Source of the DNA: Abditibacteriaceae bacterium
GTDB lineage: Bacteria; Armatimonadota; Abditibacteriia; Abditibacteriales; Abditibacteriaceae
DNA length: 16,976 nucleotides
Assembly (NCBI GenBank): GCA_031372065.1
Contig: JANMKN010000131.1
Location: 1-16,976 of the forward strand
Direction of reading: 5' to 3'
Shown: one piece after another, positions 14,993 through 16,976 of the stretch
How positions within the stretch are numbered: the stretch's first letter is position 1
How the letters are laid out: each line of letters opens with the position of its first letter
Made by a program: the position numbers and the translations under genes
Notes under the pieces: model-generated
What the model saw: the letters and a program-made list of their open reading frames with translations, nothing else
The model's database searches: none
Told to the model about the DNA's origin: nothing

Positions 14993-15131
14993 TTAATCTG
15001 CTGCTCCAAAATGCTCATCGCCGCTTATTGTGCGCACTTTGCAATAGCTTTTTATTAAAGCTATCGGGGAATTCATTGAAAGGCGGCTTCCGAGCAATAA
15101 AAATGTTGGTGTCAAAGGTAACGCTGGGCAT
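14993..15131 (-). pseudogene. Internally deleted PIN/VapC-like toxin remnant
   Basis: ATG 15131 gives MPSVTFDTNIFIARKPPFNEFPDSF (PIN beta1 'hhDTNhh' motif), then a stop at 15015. A shifted frame reads IKSYCKVRTISGDEHFGAAD* to 14993. Total only 139 nt. Confidence 0.55.
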
Positions 15132-15145
15132 CGGCTTTTAAAATT

Positions 15146-15355
15146 CTAATAGCCTTCTCCGTTGCGCTCGGCAATGCGCTTCCATGCTTTCAACAAAGCC
15201 TTGCCACCTTGGGCCGCGTGTTCTGTCTTGGAGATGCGGCCATTTTGTGGAGAGTCCTTTATTGTGCCATTCGACCCAATTTTGCCATTGCTTCCTTCCT
15301 GCTTAAAGGAAGATTTAGCCGTCTTTTCTGTCACTTTCGTTGCTTTGGTTGCCAT
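15146..15355 (-). CDS. Small basic protein, possible antitoxin partner of the PIN remnant
   Basis: 69 aa, GAGGG RBS upstream, low-complexity N-terminus and a C-terminal amphipathic helix (KALLKAWKRIAE). Ends 14 nt before the PIN-like start. Confidence 0.6.
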   Translation of the reverse strand: MATKATKVTEKTAKSSFKQEGSNGKIGSNGTIKDSPQNGRISKTEHAAQGGKALLKAWKRIAERNGEGY

Positions 15356-15408
15356 TTTTTTCCCTCACATCAATTTTAGCACTTCACAAGCACTTTTGAG
15401 GCAGATTC

Positions 15409-16734
15409 TCAATCGTTTTTCGGTGCCAGAGGCAGTTCGAAGGTGAATTGGGCGCCGCCGCTTTTGCCTTCGAGGTTTTGCGCGTGCAAAGTGCCGCCGT
15501 GTTCGTGGATAATCTGGCGCGTAATGGCGAGGCCGAGGCCGGTGCCTTCTTCGCGGCCTGTGACAAACGGCTCGAAGATGGTCTTTAGTAACGTATCGGG
15601 AATGCCGGGGCCGCTGTCGGTGATGATAATGTGCGCGTGTTCGGCGGCGCTGTTGAAACGCGTGGCGATTTGGATGTTGCCGCCGTCGGGCATCACTTGC
15701 ACGGCGTTGCGCAGGACATTGAGCAAGGCGCGTAGCAGCGAAGGCGCGTTGAAATACAGCCACGGCAAACTGGGATCGTAATCTTTGACGAAATTGACGT
15801 TCTTTTTATCGCCGCCCGCCAACAAACAAGCGCGGTCAAGAACCTCATGCACGTTGCCGCGCGTGAATTGCAGCGGCGTGGGACGCGCTACGGTCAGCAC
15901 ATCATTGAGCAAAAGTTCGAGACGATGCGTTTCCTGCGCGATGATTTCGGAGTGATGGCGCACCATTTCGGCGTTTTCGGGATGGCGCTGCATTTGCCGC
16001 GCAAAACCGCCCATCGTGACCAGCGGATTGCGCACTTCGTGGCTGACGTGCGCCACTGTTTTGCCGAGCGTGGCTAACGCCGTGCCGCGCGCAATGTCCG
16101 CCTGCGCTTGTTGTAATTCTTCGTTGGCACTTTTCAAGCGACGCAGCAGCACCGACGGATAACCGAACATCAAGGCGATCAGGAAAAAGCCCATCACCTG
16201 CCCCAACACCGCAACCAGCGAAAACTCACGCGGCGCAAAAGCCAGCAGCGGCACATAAAACGCCGAAAGTGCCAGCGCCGAAAGCAATCCCCCACGCATT
16301 TCAAAGAAAAACGCGCCCGCCAACAGCGGCGCCATCGCGTAAAGTCCGTAAGGCGACTCCGAGCCGCCCGTCAGCGCCAAAAACAAAGCGGCTAACAACA
16401 AATCTACCGCCAGCAAGCACGGACGGCGCAGCAATTGGCGATCAAACCAATCGTTATATACGCTCAAAGCCACATTCGTCGCTATCGCCGCGCCCAACAC
16501 CAGCCAGTCGAGGATATTCTTGTATTGGTTTGGCCCCAACACTTGCAGCAACGGCGGCAGCAGACTGAGCCAGCGCACGCCCAGCAAAAAGAGCATCACG
16601 TTTTCATCGCGAATGGCACGCCGCAGCCAACCGGGTAAGGCCATGAATTCTTTTGGCTTGCCCGCTGCGGCCAAAGGCGACGAAGAACTGATTTTCAGCG
16701 ATGACGAGGTGCTTTTAGTAGACATAAAGCTCAC
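15409..16734 (-). CDS. Membrane-bound sensor histidine kinase (HisKA + HATPase_c); start may be ATG 16725 or later
   Basis: About 5-6 hydrophobic helices, coiled coil, H-box SHEVRNPL, N-box NVLRNAVQ, DSGPGI, IFEPF, GTGLGL. Confidence 0.93.
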   Translation of the reverse strand: MSFMSTKSTSSSLKISSSSPLAAAGKPKEFMALPGWLRRAIRDENVMLFLLGVRWLSLLPPLLQVLGPNQYKNILDWLVLGAAIATNVALSVYNDWFDRQLLRRPCLLAVDLLLAALFLALTGGSESPYGLYAMAPLLAGAFFFEMRGGLLSALALSAFYVPLLAFAPREFSLVAVLGQVMGFFLIALMFGYPSVLLRRLKSANEELQQAQADIARGTALATLGKTVAHVSHEVRNPLVTMGGFARQMQRHPENAEMVRHHSEIIAQETHRLELLLNDVLTVARPTPLQFTRGNVHEVLDRACLLAGGDKKNVNFVKDYDPSLPWLYFNAPSLLRALLNVLRNAVQVMPDGGNIQIATRFNSAAEHAHIIITDSGPGIPDTLLKTIFEPFVTGREEGTGLGLAITRQIIHEHGGTLHAQNLEGKSGGAQFTFELPLAPKND

Positions 16735-16846
16735 TTACTTAGTGATGTTGATAGGAAGAGCATAACTTTTTGTTTAGGTTACGGAAATGTTTACCCTGCG
16801 CTGTGTGCTTACGATAGGCGCTGTAAAGAGCGACTACGTCGCTCGC

Positions 16847-16976
16847 TCCCCTCACCCGACCTCTCCCCCGAACGCTACGCTGGGGAGAGGGGTTTTTCAC
16901 TCCGATGCTTCTGCCCGTTTAAATCGGCAAAACGCGTATTAGGCAAGTTCTCCTCTCCCCAGCGTAGCGTTCGGGG
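16847..16976. repeat. Second copy of the boxC-like inverted-pair element (cut off by the window end)
   Basis: CCCTCACCCGACCTCTCCCCCGAACGCTACGCTGGGGAGAGGGG (to 16892), ~58-nt spacer, then its reverse complement CCTCTCCCCAGCGTAGCGTTCGGGG (16952-16976). Confidence 0.8.

Noticed and set aside
289..16765. Numerous plus-strand and alternative-frame ORFs in the track
   Set aside because: They overlap well-supported minus-strand genes, have Arg/Ala/Ser-rich shadow composition typical of high-GC DNA, and show no motifs.

Overview
GC-rich bacterial window in which every credible complete gene lies on the minus strand. In transcription order (right to left): an orphan membrane histidine kinase; a small basic ORF followed by an internally deleted PIN/VapC-like remnant; an AT-richer pentapeptide-repeat/TIR gene; a ~680-bp non-coding region; a 326-aa unknown protein with an internal duplication; a ~158-bp palindromic element; a tightly coupled five-gene operon (two paralogous LRV/HEAT-repeat proteins, a coiled-coil + 22-aa beta-repeat protein, a MoxR-like AAA+ ATPase, an HEXXH metallopeptidase-vWA protein); a second repeat array; proS; an exported alpha/beta hydrolase; and a bidirectional terminator. 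The 680-bp region holds a ~310-bp head-to-head array of degenerate 21-nt repeats and two GGACA-N10-TGTCC operator-like sites. The most unusual signals are the two palindromic 21-nt-period arrays (one beside the unknown 326-aa gene), the repeat-protein/AAA+/peptidase-vWA operon, and palindromic repeats, one of which sits in-frame inside proS. All family assignments come from motif recognition by eye; no searches were run.
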